Source of the DNA: a virus
IMG/VR virus record: IMGVR_UViG_3300021519_000006
Location: 35,939-99,938 of that record
Strand: one strand, 5' to 3'
DNA: 64,000 nt
Shown: piece by piece, positions 9,749 to 17,358 of the stretch
Layout: the number at the start of each line of letters is the position of its first letter
Numbering within the stretch: the stretch's first letter is position 1
Position numbers and translations under genes: made by a program
The notes under the pieces: model-generated
Seen by the model: only the letters and a program-made list of their open reading frames with translations
Told to the model about the DNA's origin: nothing
Databases searched by the model: none

Positions 9749-10483
9749 TTATGGGGCTGTGTAAGCGTACTTAACAAGTGCTACAGAAGAACCTGTATCA
9801 ACAGTTGTTCCTGCTGCAACTGATTGAGTCTTAATCTTGCCATCGTTAATGGCTGTTGCGCCAGCAGCGTTATCTGCTGTGGTTACTGCGCCTTTAACAA
9901 GGTGAGCGTTAGTCAACGCTACTCCAGCTGCTGTTTCTGTTAGACCAACAACATTAGGTACTTCTGGTGCGTTATATGTAACAATGCTCATAGCTACTGG
10001 CGATGCAATTGCTCCCGCAACAGGAGATTGAGTCTTAATAAGACCATCATTAGCTACAGTTGCGCCTACGTAAGTAGATGTAGATCCACTATCTATAAAG
10101 CCAGCGGCAGTTATGATTGGGCCAGCAGCTGAATATGTTAATCCAACTATATTAGGAACAACAAATTCTAAACCAGTGTCCCCATCACCAGCATAGTCAG
10201 GCAAGAATGCTGGGTAGTTTGAATAACCTGTTGTAGCAATATCATGGTTATCCCATGTAAAAGTCTGTTGACGAGAGCCGCCACCATCACCGGTAGAGAA
10301 AGTAAGAACATCCCAACCTGTTGCTAAGTTTTCGCTACCTACTGCTGGAAAGTTAGTCCAGTTACCATCTGTGGTTTGTGAGTACTCATTATAAGTATCA
10401 CGTTGTTGATCTGGCTGTAATGGGAATTGTCCCCACACAAAGTCAACTCGTGGGTTTCCTAGATCATCTACTGGATAAGTCAT
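9749..10483 (-). CDS. PASTA-domain protein, paralogue 2 (two PASTA repeats)
   Basis: VVPNIVGLT...IKTQSPVAG and VPNVVGLT...IKTQSVAAG...VALVKY. Confidence 0.8.
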   Translation of the reverse strand: MTYPVDDLGNPRVDFVWGQFPLQPDQQRDTYNEYSQTTDGNWTNFPAVGSENLATGWDVLTFSTGDGGGSRQQTFTWDNHDIATTGYSNYPAFLPDYAGDGDTGLEFVVPNIVGLTYSAAGPIITAAGFIDSGSTSTYVGATVANDGLIKTQSPVAGAIASPVAMSIVTYNAPEVPNVVGLTETAAGVALTNAHLVKGAVTTADNAAGATAINDGKIKTQSVAAGTTVDTGSSVALVKYAYTAP

Positions 10484-10638
10484 TATCGAGTTCCTCCAAC
10501 ACTTGGGGTTCCTACATATTTAAGTTCGTGCTTAGTTCCACAATCCTCGCAAGGATTGAAGAAATCTTTAGTTGGGCCAACGCCTGGCTTTTCCAGAAAT
10601 GTGCCGCAACCGCATTTAATTTCAACTTGAAGAGTCAT
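10483..10638 (-). CDS. 51-aa Zn-ribbon protein (absent from ORF track)
   Basis: MTLQVEIKCGCG...PCEDCG...; TAATG overlap with next gene. Confidence 0.6.
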   Translation of the reverse strand: MTLQVEIKCGCGTFLEKPGVGPTKDFFNPCEDCGTKHELKYVGTPSVGGTR

Positions 10639-10640
10639 AA

Positions 10641-11258
10641 TTAGTACCACCAATCTGCAGTGTTGTTCTTGCTAGGGTCGTTTGTAAAAGCTACAACAGC
10701 GTGGTTGTACCAGTCGGGAGACTCTGCTGCGCAAATCTCTACTTCGCTTCCAGGGTTTGCTACATAAGTAATAGTTTCGTGAAGGTCTTTACCTGTGTAA
10801 ACTGTTCCTGTTTCCCAGTCAATCCAAACAATTACACCTGCAGGGATGTAATCCCAGAAGATAATTCCGCTAGACGGATCTCTGTCGCCGTAATCTCCGA
10901 TAGTGCCCCAGTCGTACTCATTTTCTCCGCCAAGGAATGTTGCATCCTTAAGAAGGGTTTCGGGAATTCCTACTGTGCGAAGGTACTCAATGTAATCCCA
11001 AACGTTTCCATCTTTAGTCTTTAAGTTGCTCCAACAGAATGTGTAGGAAGGCACAATGTATGACATGCCACCATCTAGGGTTTTACCCTCTTCGTTTGCT
11101 TCAGATGGAAAACCATCCCATGCCACACCATTAATTGCGTGAATTCCTTTAGATCCTAATACTATATCGCCACGGTCGTCATTAGGTTGCATGGGTACAT
11201 TGCCCCACTCAAAAGCTATTCTTTGGTTACCGGAGTCATCGACTGCCATTGCACACAC
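10641..11258 (-). CDS. PASTA-family paralogue 3 (divergent)
   Basis: shares N-motif DDSGNQRIAFEWGNVPMQPNDDR. Confidence 0.65.
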   Translation of the reverse strand: MCAMAVDDSGNQRIAFEWGNVPMQPNDDRGDIVLGSKGIHAINGVAWDGFPSEANEEGKTLDGGMSYIVPSYTFCWSNLKTKDGNVWDYIEYLRTVGIPETLLKDATFLGGENEYDWGTIGDYGDRDPSSGIIFWDYIPAGVIVWIDWETGTVYTGKDLHETITYVANPGSEVEICAAESPDWYNHAVVAFTNDPSKNNTADWWY

Positions 11259-11291
11259 CTTTCAGGAAGATGTTACAAATGATGACAGAAA

Positions 11292-11858
11292 TTAAGCCTC
11301 TTGTACGTATGTATGGATTTCTCCACCTGAATAGATGTCGTGCTTGACAGCGACCTCGATTGCACGCCTCAAAGCTTTTTCGGCGGCCTCGGGTGTATTT
11401 ATTTTTGAGAAGTTCAGGGCTTCTAGTGCTCCCAGTGCAATGTCTCCTCCACTACCAGCGTAGTAGACGTTACGTGCTTCTCTATCCCAAGAGTAGTCAT
11501 TAAAGATTGGGTAGATCACTCCGCGGACAGAGACAAGTAAATTGCTGTCGTGGAAAGCTGCATCGCCATCTTCCTTACCTTCAAAGCCGGAATCCTGAAA
11601 AACTTTACGTAGAGAGGGAATAAACTTCTTAGTCATGAATACATCTAACTCTTCAGTTGCACGAGGCTTAGGAGGAGTCCAACCAAACTGTGCAATGTTT
11701 CCACCTCTAGAAGCGCCGGAGACAGCTATCAGTACACCATTGTTATTTACGATCTTATGAGTTGCAAGATCCATATAACGTCCGTCTTCATCTGATGCAC
11801 GAGAGTCGCATCCTATGACGGACCACCCATTTCCTTGGATTGCGGCAAGCGTTGTCAT
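11292..11858 (-). CDS. proteasome beta/HslV-like Ntn (Thr) protease
   Basis: N-terminal MTT, DSR, HKI, SG, GSG, DxxSGG motifs. Confidence 0.85.
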   Translation of the reverse strand: MTTLAAIQGNGWSVIGCDSRASDEDGRYMDLATHKIVNNNGVLIAVSGASRGGNIAQFGWTPPKPRATEELDVFMTKKFIPSLRKVFQDSGFEGKEDGDAAFHDSNLLVSVRGVIYPIFNDYSWDREARNVYYAGSGGDIALGALEALNFSKINTPEAAEKALRRAIEVAVKHDIYSGGEIHTYVQEA

Positions 11859-11891
11859 GTACTCCCTCTCGTAGGTGTTAAGCGTAACAGA

Positions 11892-12341
11892 TTAACGTTG
11901 ATGTAAAGCTTGACGGAACTCTCCGTCTTTGGTTCTAGGTAGTTCATCAGCTGCCTTGCTAGCTAACTCGTAGTAGCCCCAATCATCTAATCCAGATAAT
12001 TTTAGGTACTTCCCTGTGGAGTCAGTTGCTTTTAGATCTTTCCACATTGCATATGGGACATCTGGATATACACACCAGGTAAAGTCCCAGAAAATGATTA
12101 CCAATGTCTGAGTCTTAGCGTTGTAGCCTAGCTTTCTAGCTCTAGGACGATTCAAATTAGTAGTTGCTGCATCGATATCCTCGTACTCAGAGCCAAAATC
12201 CTCTGAATAAGCAGTTTTCCCGTCCTTTGGACCAAATTCATCATAAGAATTAGCTGATCTACCGGCTTTAAAGGCTGCTAACTCCTCTGAATCGGCATTC
12301 TGAGACCAAATTCCGCCGTTATTGCTGTTGATGTCCGCCAT
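11892..12341 (-). CDS. KTSC-domain protein
   Basis: GYN...TLVIIF...YPDVP..W..L....STGKYL. Confidence 0.75.
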   Translation of the reverse strand: MADINSNNGGIWSQNADSEELAAFKAGRSANSYDEFGPKDGKTAYSEDFGSEYEDIDAATTNLNRPRARKLGYNAKTQTLVIIFWDFTWCVYPDVPYAMWKDLKATDSTGKYLKLSGLDDWGYYELASKAADELPRTKDGEFRQALHQR

Positions 12342-12397
12342 TTGGTCAGTTTAGAGCCTGGCTACTGCCCTGTATCGCTCAATACCCCCCGATTTTT

Positions 12398-12560
12398 GGT
12401 GATGAGGTGATGAGGTGACGACCCAAAAGGTACATTTGATCCGGCAACAACAATTTCCCGACCAAATTTTCCCGAACTCTCATCATAGTTTGGCCACTGT
12501 AAAGCTATATATAGGTCCAACTATCAGTCTCACCTGCCGAATTCCTGTGTTTCCTGTGTT
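12398..12560. repeat. short tandem repeats at the strand-switch point
   Basis: GGTGA(T/C)GA x3 (12398-12421), AATTT(T)CCCGA x2, TTCCTGTGT x2. Confidence 0.6.
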
Positions 12561-12642
12561 CTAAGGGTGGGGGGTGTCGTTTTGATTTGTCTAAGGTTGT
12601 AATCGCAAAGAGCGAGCAAGAATTAGAAAGAGATTCTTTCCT

Positions 12643-12705
12643 CTTACGGTCGCTGACGCTGGCGCGCTCGCTGTAGTTCGATTCTACAGGTCAGCACGCC
12701 GTAAG
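12643..12705 (+). ncRNA. tRNA-like minihelix (T-arm plus acceptor-like stem, no anticodon arm)
   Basis: CTGTAG-TTCGATT-CTACAG stacked on GCTGAC/GTCAGC, closed by CTTACGG/CCGTAAG. Confidence 0.45.
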
Positions 12706-12749
12706 GCTAGGGGCAGGATAGTCCTGTCCCTATGTTCAAAGGATACTAA

Positions 12750-13253
12750 ATGTCTACATTGACACTAAGTATGAAGGAACAACTCGCGCCAGTAGTGGCT
12801 ATCGAGTTGGCAGTTCTCAACGAGGGTGCTACAGCCTTCGGGATAGGCAAGGCGAAGGGTATCTTCAAGACCTACGCTGATGCGACCTTTTATGATGTGT
12901 ATGACCACATCACAAAGCAATCAGCCTCAACAGCAACCGCTGTTCTGTCTGGTCTCATCTCAGCACGCTACAACGTGCCTATCTCGTTCCTCGTACCTAT
13001 GCAAGACGACCTTGCCGAGGTATGGAGCACGTTCGACGCCACAACAGGCGACACCGAAGTTATGTTCGGTCGTCTGGTAGCACTCAAGGCTCGTCTCAAG
13101 GACGAGCGTGAGACAGCAGAAGCATCTGCTATTGCAGATGGTTCACTAGCGTCATCAAAGACCGTGACGCTAGTCAAGTCCCTTGGTAATCTCAAGACCA
13201 AGGGTGTTACATTCACCGAAGAGGAAAAGGCTGCGATTATCGCTGCCTTGTAA
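12750..13253 (+). CDS. hypothetical protein, first gene of rightward early region
   Basis: 167-aa ORF, AAGGA SD downstream of a hairpin. Confidence 0.8.
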   Translation: MSTLTLSMKEQLAPVVAIELAVLNEGATAFGIGKAKGIFKTYADATFYDVYDHITKQSASTATAVLSGLISARYNVPISFLVPMQDDLAEVWSTFDATTGDTEVMFGRLVALKARLKDERETAEASAIADGSLASSKTVTLVKSLGNLKTKGVTFTEEEKAAIIAAL

Positions 13254-13472
13254 TCGGTAATGGGTAGTGGCGGGGGCTCTATGTCCCCGCCTCTATCTAT
13301 GTCCATAGACATCTGTGGGCATAGATAGGGAGCAACTATCCCTATGGTAAGGGGAATCCGAATCAACTCGGTACGCAGGTGTATGGAAGTGAGGAGATGG
13401 TCAAACATCTCGCAGTAAAACTCCAACTGTTACACCGCCCCCGTAAGAGAAAGAATCTCGTGTCTTCTGTCG

Positions 13473-13521
13473 AAGAGACCCTAGTCAGCCCTTCAGCTAG
13501 TACTGGCTAGGGTCTCTTTTC
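13473..13521 (+). terminator. intrinsic terminator-like hairpin
   Basis: AAGAGACCCTAGTCAG/CTGGCTAGGGTCTCTT followed by T run. Confidence 0.7.
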
Positions 13522-13656
13522 ACATCCAAGCATAACTCTCATCATAGATAGATAACTCTCATCATAGTTAGTTAGGCTACTACAAATCTCACAAGTTGAG
13601 ACACCGAGAGTACAAGCAGGTCTGGGCTAGGGTGGGACTGCTGTTAGCAGATAGTC

Positions 13657-13780
13657 GGTGGAAGATACATAGTGGGGAGAATACTCCTGTAGTTACTAGA
13701 TACCACCATGGGCTCTATGCCTGTAAATGGGTGGCAAGTATGGAATACCACTATGTATCTCTCACTCTCTATCTGAGAGT
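13657..13780 (+). ncRNA. long-stem RNA cassette 1 (72-nt interior)
   Basis: 19-bp arms 13657-13675/13748-13766 with one A-C mismatch; alternative hairpin ACTCTC/GAGAGT before SD. Confidence 0.55.
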
Positions 13781-13795
13781 AGAAGGAGGACTGAT

Positions 13796-14221
13796 ATGGG
13801 ATCACCTATCAGACTTGAGTTCAACTGTTCTGAGTGCAAAGCAGATAACACCTTGCATTCCGGATGTACTCCTCGCATCAACGAGGACCGTATGGATTGG
13901 ATTCCATTCGAAGTGGATTACAGATTCACATTCAGATGTACTGAGTGTGAGTTACCTAATCTATTCCAAGGCACAAAGGAGTCAGGCTTTACCCCCGTGC
14001 CAACACAAACAAACCCCGCCGTAGTGCACGCTGTTCTTATCTTAGGCTGGCGTTACGGAGAGCCTGTACAACGTCTCTTTGGTATCTATCAAGACATAGA
14101 GATAGCCCATGCATCTGCTACCACGTGGATCAAGCGTAACCCCGGCAAGTATGCAGATGATGAAAAGAACGATGATGGTGAAAATGCAACATTCTACATT
14201 AGAGAGATGCCCCTACTATGA
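13796..14221 (+). CDS. hypothetical protein with two CxxC motifs
   Basis: AAGGAGG SD before ATG 13796, in frame with track ORF 13727. Confidence 0.7.
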   Translation: MGSPIRLEFNCSECKADNTLHSGCTPRINEDRMDWIPFEVDYRFTFRCTECELPNLFQGTKESGFTPVPTQTNPAVVHAVLILGWRYGEPVQRLFGIYQDIEIAHASATTWIKRNPGKYADDEKNDDGENATFYIREMPLL

Positions 14222-14484
14222 AAGGAGAAGTAATGTCAGACGAACTTATTACCCTCAAAATCGGTATATTCGATTTTACTGTGATTACGGATGCACTCAC
14301 TGATTGTGATTGTCTAAGTAAGGAATGTAAACGTCTTATCAGTAATTTCCAAGCGCAGAAAGAAGGAGAAGCAGTAAATACCTGCTTTGGATGTAAGAAT
14401 GCGGTCACTGTTGCTGAGGCTATCTATTATGAGACTTATCGTCTTTGTCCAAAGTGTTACAAGTATTGGGACCCCACGCCATGA
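14218..14484 (+). CDS. Cys-rich hypothetical protein
   Basis: CFGC...CPKC. Confidence 0.65.
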   Translation: MKGEVMSDELITLKIGIFDFTVITDALTDCDCLSKECKRLISNFQAQKEGEAVNTCFGCKNAVTVAEAIYYETYRLCPKCYKYWDPTP

Positions 14485-14588
14485 CAATACTTGATTACTT
14501 AGACCCAATGCAATCAGGTCTGCCTATCACTCTTATGTGGCTATCTATCTCTGCATCTATCTGTTATCTCCTCTTTAGTAAGAAGTAA
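14481..14588 (+). CDS. 35-aa single-TM peptide (absent from track)
   Basis: MTILDYLDPMQSGLPITLMWLSISASICYLLFSKK; ATGA overlap. Confidence 0.5.
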   Translation: MTILDYLDPMQSGLPITLMWLSISASICYLLFSKK

Positions 14589-14627
14589 TACACCAAAAGG
14601 ACCCCGCGAAATTTTACCGTGTGAAGT

Positions 14628-14835
14628 GGTGGAAGGCACATAGATGGTGGACCTATACCGTGAGGTGGCTAACTTAGTTGATGCTATTCAAGGTGTTGGA
14701 AGGAACCAATAACGGATTAATTTCTGGACGGTTGCCGACCCATTACTCTCCACAGTTCCCGCTGTAACAGTAGTGCCTTTGGAATGCCCATTACTAAGAC
14801 TATCTATGTGTCTCTCACTCTCCACAAGGAGAGTG
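14628..14835 (+). ncRNA. long-stem RNA cassette 2 (150-nt interior)
   Basis: 21-bp arms 14628-14648/14799-14819 with one A-C mismatch; alternative hairpin CACTCTCC-ACAA-GGAGAGTG. Confidence 0.6.
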
Positions 14836-14853
14836 CTATACAAGGAGGACAAA

Positions 14854-15033
14854 GTGTCATCCGACACAAACAACACACCCGACTGGGAATACATCAAGAA
14901 GCAAGGGATGCGAGTCAATAAGCATCTTCATAACCACTATAACGACCTAATGCACCGAGCAGCCTGCGACATCTGTATGGCCTTCTTCATCGGTGAAAAT
15001 TATGGCAAGTTGACTGAGGAGGAAAAACAATGA
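14854..15033 (+). CDS. hypothetical protein
   Basis: AAGGAGG SD before GTG 14854. Confidence 0.6.
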   Translation: MSSDTNNTPDWEYIKKQGMRVNKHLHNHYNDLMHRAACDICMAFFIGENYGKLTEEEKQ

Positions 15034-15200
15034 GAGGTTATCTATTCAGATCGTTGATTGCGCTAGTTGCACCTAACTACGCTCTTGACAAGGATAACTA
15101 TGGGCAGATTATCATCTACACCCATAAGAAAGAAGTTGATGATGATCGGTATGTAGAGATGGTCTCTGCAGACTTTGGAATATATGACAAGGAGGACTAA
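15030..15200 (+). CDS. 56-aa hypothetical protein (absent from track)
   Basis: GGAGG SD, ATGA and TAATG overlaps. Confidence 0.6.
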   Translation: MRGYLFRSLIALVAPNYALDKDNYGQIIIYTHKKEVDDDRYVEMVSADFGIYDKED

Positions 15201-15442
15201 TGCCTGACGACGTAACAGTTATCAGCGTAGGCACACACATCGAGTCCAATGGAGGAGATGTTCTAGCTTGTAAGCCGGGCAGTTACCGAAATACAACTAT
15301 TGTCCTGTGTTACTTACCACAGAACAAAGTAACCCCTTTCGTTGTACACACATACAACGAGACTCAAGGTATCTGCTTTCGAGGTCAATATGGTTTCACA
15401 CTTGAAGAAGCAATAACCGACTACAAGAACAGGAGAACATAG
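15200..15442 (+). CDS. hypothetical protein
   Basis: 80-aa ORF with AAGGAGG SD. Confidence 0.65.
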   Translation: MPDDVTVISVGTHIESNGGDVLACKPGSYRNTTIVLCYLPQNKVTPFVVHTYNETQGICFRGQYGFTLEEAITDYKNRRT

Positions 15443-15672
15443 TGTCCAACACAAACCCCCGCGCAGCACACATCTATAACCCCGAAGACGGTGGCACTAA
15501 CATGGAAATTGTCATCAGCCCCGATACTTGGTGGCACGCCGTCTGTAACGATGACATCAGGCTGACCAACAAGGAATACAACGAGCTAGACGATAGTGAA
15601 GTGGACTTGTGCCATCCCTGCGTCAAGAAAGCCAAGGAGGATGATCCCGATGGCTTTATCTACAATCTATAA
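15442..15672 (+). CDS. acidic hypothetical protein
   Basis: 76-aa ORF with AGGAG SD. Confidence 0.6.
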   Translation: MSNTNPRAAHIYNPEDGGTNMEIVISPDTWWHAVCNDDIRLTNKEYNELDDSEVDLCHPCVKKAKEDDPDGFIYNL

Positions 15673-15776
15673 AACCTGTACAACAACAATCACTACAACA
15701 ACCACAATAACAACAAAAACAACCCGCATTGTGCACGGAATTACCGTGCCTGTGCACATCCTAGAAGGGAATACGA

Positions 15777-16292
15777 ATGGCAACATCTATGAATACGCTC
15801 ACAGTAAGACGAGTTGATCTATTAGAGCAACTCGAAGAGCGTTACACATACATGACCCAAGAAAAGGTAAAGTATGAGAAAGCTGTGGAAAAGTTCCACG
15901 CTTTGACTAAGAAATATGATGCAGACTTAGAGAAGTGGGAAGCACGTGTGCCCACACTACTAGAAGGTATGGTTAGAGGGTCTGACATAGACTACTCACA
16001 TAACACAGAGAGATACGGCAGATACCAGTGGAATCGTGAAACTTGGAATGCAAGCATTAGTGTATCTCTCAACCGCGATGAAGTAACACGACTAATAGGG
16101 CCAGAGCCTACAAGACCAGAGGCTCCTGATACCCCCGAATTTTTACAACAGCGTAGATTAACTAGAGGTTATTCTGCTCCTCCAGCCCCATCATTATACG
16201 AAGCTGTATACCAAGCCATTGCAATCCTTAGTATTTCTAATGATGATGATGTTAAAGCTCAGATGTTCAACGACGTAATGTTGGCACTCTAA
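15777..16292 (+). CDS. coiled-coil hypothetical protein (paralogue of 17425-17859)
   Basis: N-terminal coiled coil, G..P..P linker, Y..(V/I)..AIA(I/L) C-terminal motif. Confidence 0.75.
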   Translation: MATSMNTLTVRRVDLLEQLEERYTYMTQEKVKYEKAVEKFHALTKKYDADLEKWEARVPTLLEGMVRGSDIDYSHNTERYGRYQWNRETWNASISVSLNRDEVTRLIGPEPTRPEAPDTPEFLQQRRLTRGYSAPPAPSLYEAVYQAIAILSISNDDDVKAQMFNDVMLAL

Positions 16293-16513
16293 TGAAACTA
16301 TTCTGTGATTACATCAACGATAAACAAGAAGCACGGTTCCAAGAGCACCTCACAGTGTGTGATGATCCCCAACACAAACAATCCACCATCCACATCCACC
16401 GCCTGATAGTAGACATATTCGACACGGACCGCATCAAATACCCACGATGGCAATACTGGATCGATAGCATCCTCGTATTCCTTAGATTGGACGGAACCAA
16501 TGGAAAATATTAA
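16292..16513 (+). CDS. hypothetical protein
   Basis: coupled ORF. Confidence 0.5.
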   Translation: MKLFCDYINDKQEARFQEHLTVCDDPQHKQSTIHIHRLIVDIFDTDRIKYPRWQYWIDSILVFLRLDGTNGKY

Positions 16514-16970
16514 AACACACATAGTTGAGTGTTCACGATGTCAAGCGCCCCAAGTATTCAGGAACGCACCGGGGTACATGGACTCAGACATACCAGTAGC
16601 ACTGGAACTATCCCTAGATGGTGGCTACGCAATGTTCGTAGACAATATCTACTACGTTGGTGACAAGAACCCATTGGAGTTCATGCTCTGTCACAAATGT
16701 GCCCACGAATTTACACAGTTTATGAACATACCCGAGACAACAGTAACTAGTTGGCATCCTAAAACAGATGATGCTTTCTGTAATGGTTGGACAATGCTAG
16801 GAAGCATGGAACGTGAGTTAGAGGTATTCAAACAAAAGCTTTACGATCTTGTATACATCAACGAACACACGATGATAGTGCCGTTTGATGACTACGCACA
16901 TAAAAAAGCACAGTTAGAAGAACTAATCCAACTACAAGAAGAAAGGATCAAAGAATGTACATCGAACTAG
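16500..16970 (+). CDS. Zn-binding hypothetical protein
   Basis: CSRC...GGY..FVD...LCHKCA. Confidence 0.7.
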   Translation: MENIKTHIVECSRCQAPQVFRNAPGYMDSDIPVALELSLDGGYAMFVDNIYYVGDKNPLEFMLCHKCAHEFTQFMNIPETTVTSWHPKTDDAFCNGWTMLGSMERELEVFKQKLYDLVYINEHTMIVPFDDYAHKKAQLEELIQLQEERIKECTSN

Positions 16971-17047
16971 ATATGTCTAGCGCAACAACTATGACAATAG
17001 TTCTAGCCATCGTTGTTGTAGTTATTGTATTCATACGACGTAAGTAA
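16955..17047 (+). CDS. 30-aa single-TM peptide (absent from track)
   Basis: MYIELDMSSATTMTIVLAIVVVVIVFIRRK with AAGGA SD. Confidence 0.55.
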   Translation: MYIELDMSSATTMTIVLAIVVVVIVFIRRK

Positions 17048-17052
17048 TCGTA

Positions 17053-17358
17053 TTGATAGGGCAGAAGACATACGCATACAGGCTGTTATTACATAGAGGC
17101 CTAGGAATTTAGTGGATGAGTTACGAGTCTGCTATTTTTACTAGACGGAATTGGTAGCACCAATGAGCGAACGACTGTAGTGCCAGAGATACCCTGCGGG
17201 CTTGCGAAAACCTATTACAGTACCTCGGTTGAATTTGGGGGATACCCCAAGTTAGTTGTACGAGTGCAAGAAGGCGCTTGTGAAAGGAGTCTCGTCGTAA
17301 TTCGACAGTAGTATGCGTATGTCCTCTGTCTTATCAACAGAGAAAGGAGATAAGACAG
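17053..17358 (+). ncRNA. long-stem RNA cassette 3 (231-nt interior)
   Basis: 27-bp arms 17053-17079/17311-17337 (2 G-U, 1 A-C); alternative perfect 10-bp pairing 17326-17335/17349-17358. Confidence 0.65.

Noticed and set aside
12643-12705. Bona fide tRNA, tmRNA or YrlA Y RNA
   Set aside because: No anticodon arm, no CCA, no tag reading frame, and arm order differs from what I recall for YrlA. Kept only as tRNA-like.
17053-17337. Retron msr-msd (a1/a2 inverted repeats) or a transposon/MITE
   Set aside because: No reverse transcriptase or transposase in the window, no target-site duplication seen, and the arms rely on G-U pairs. An RT outside the window cannot be excluded.
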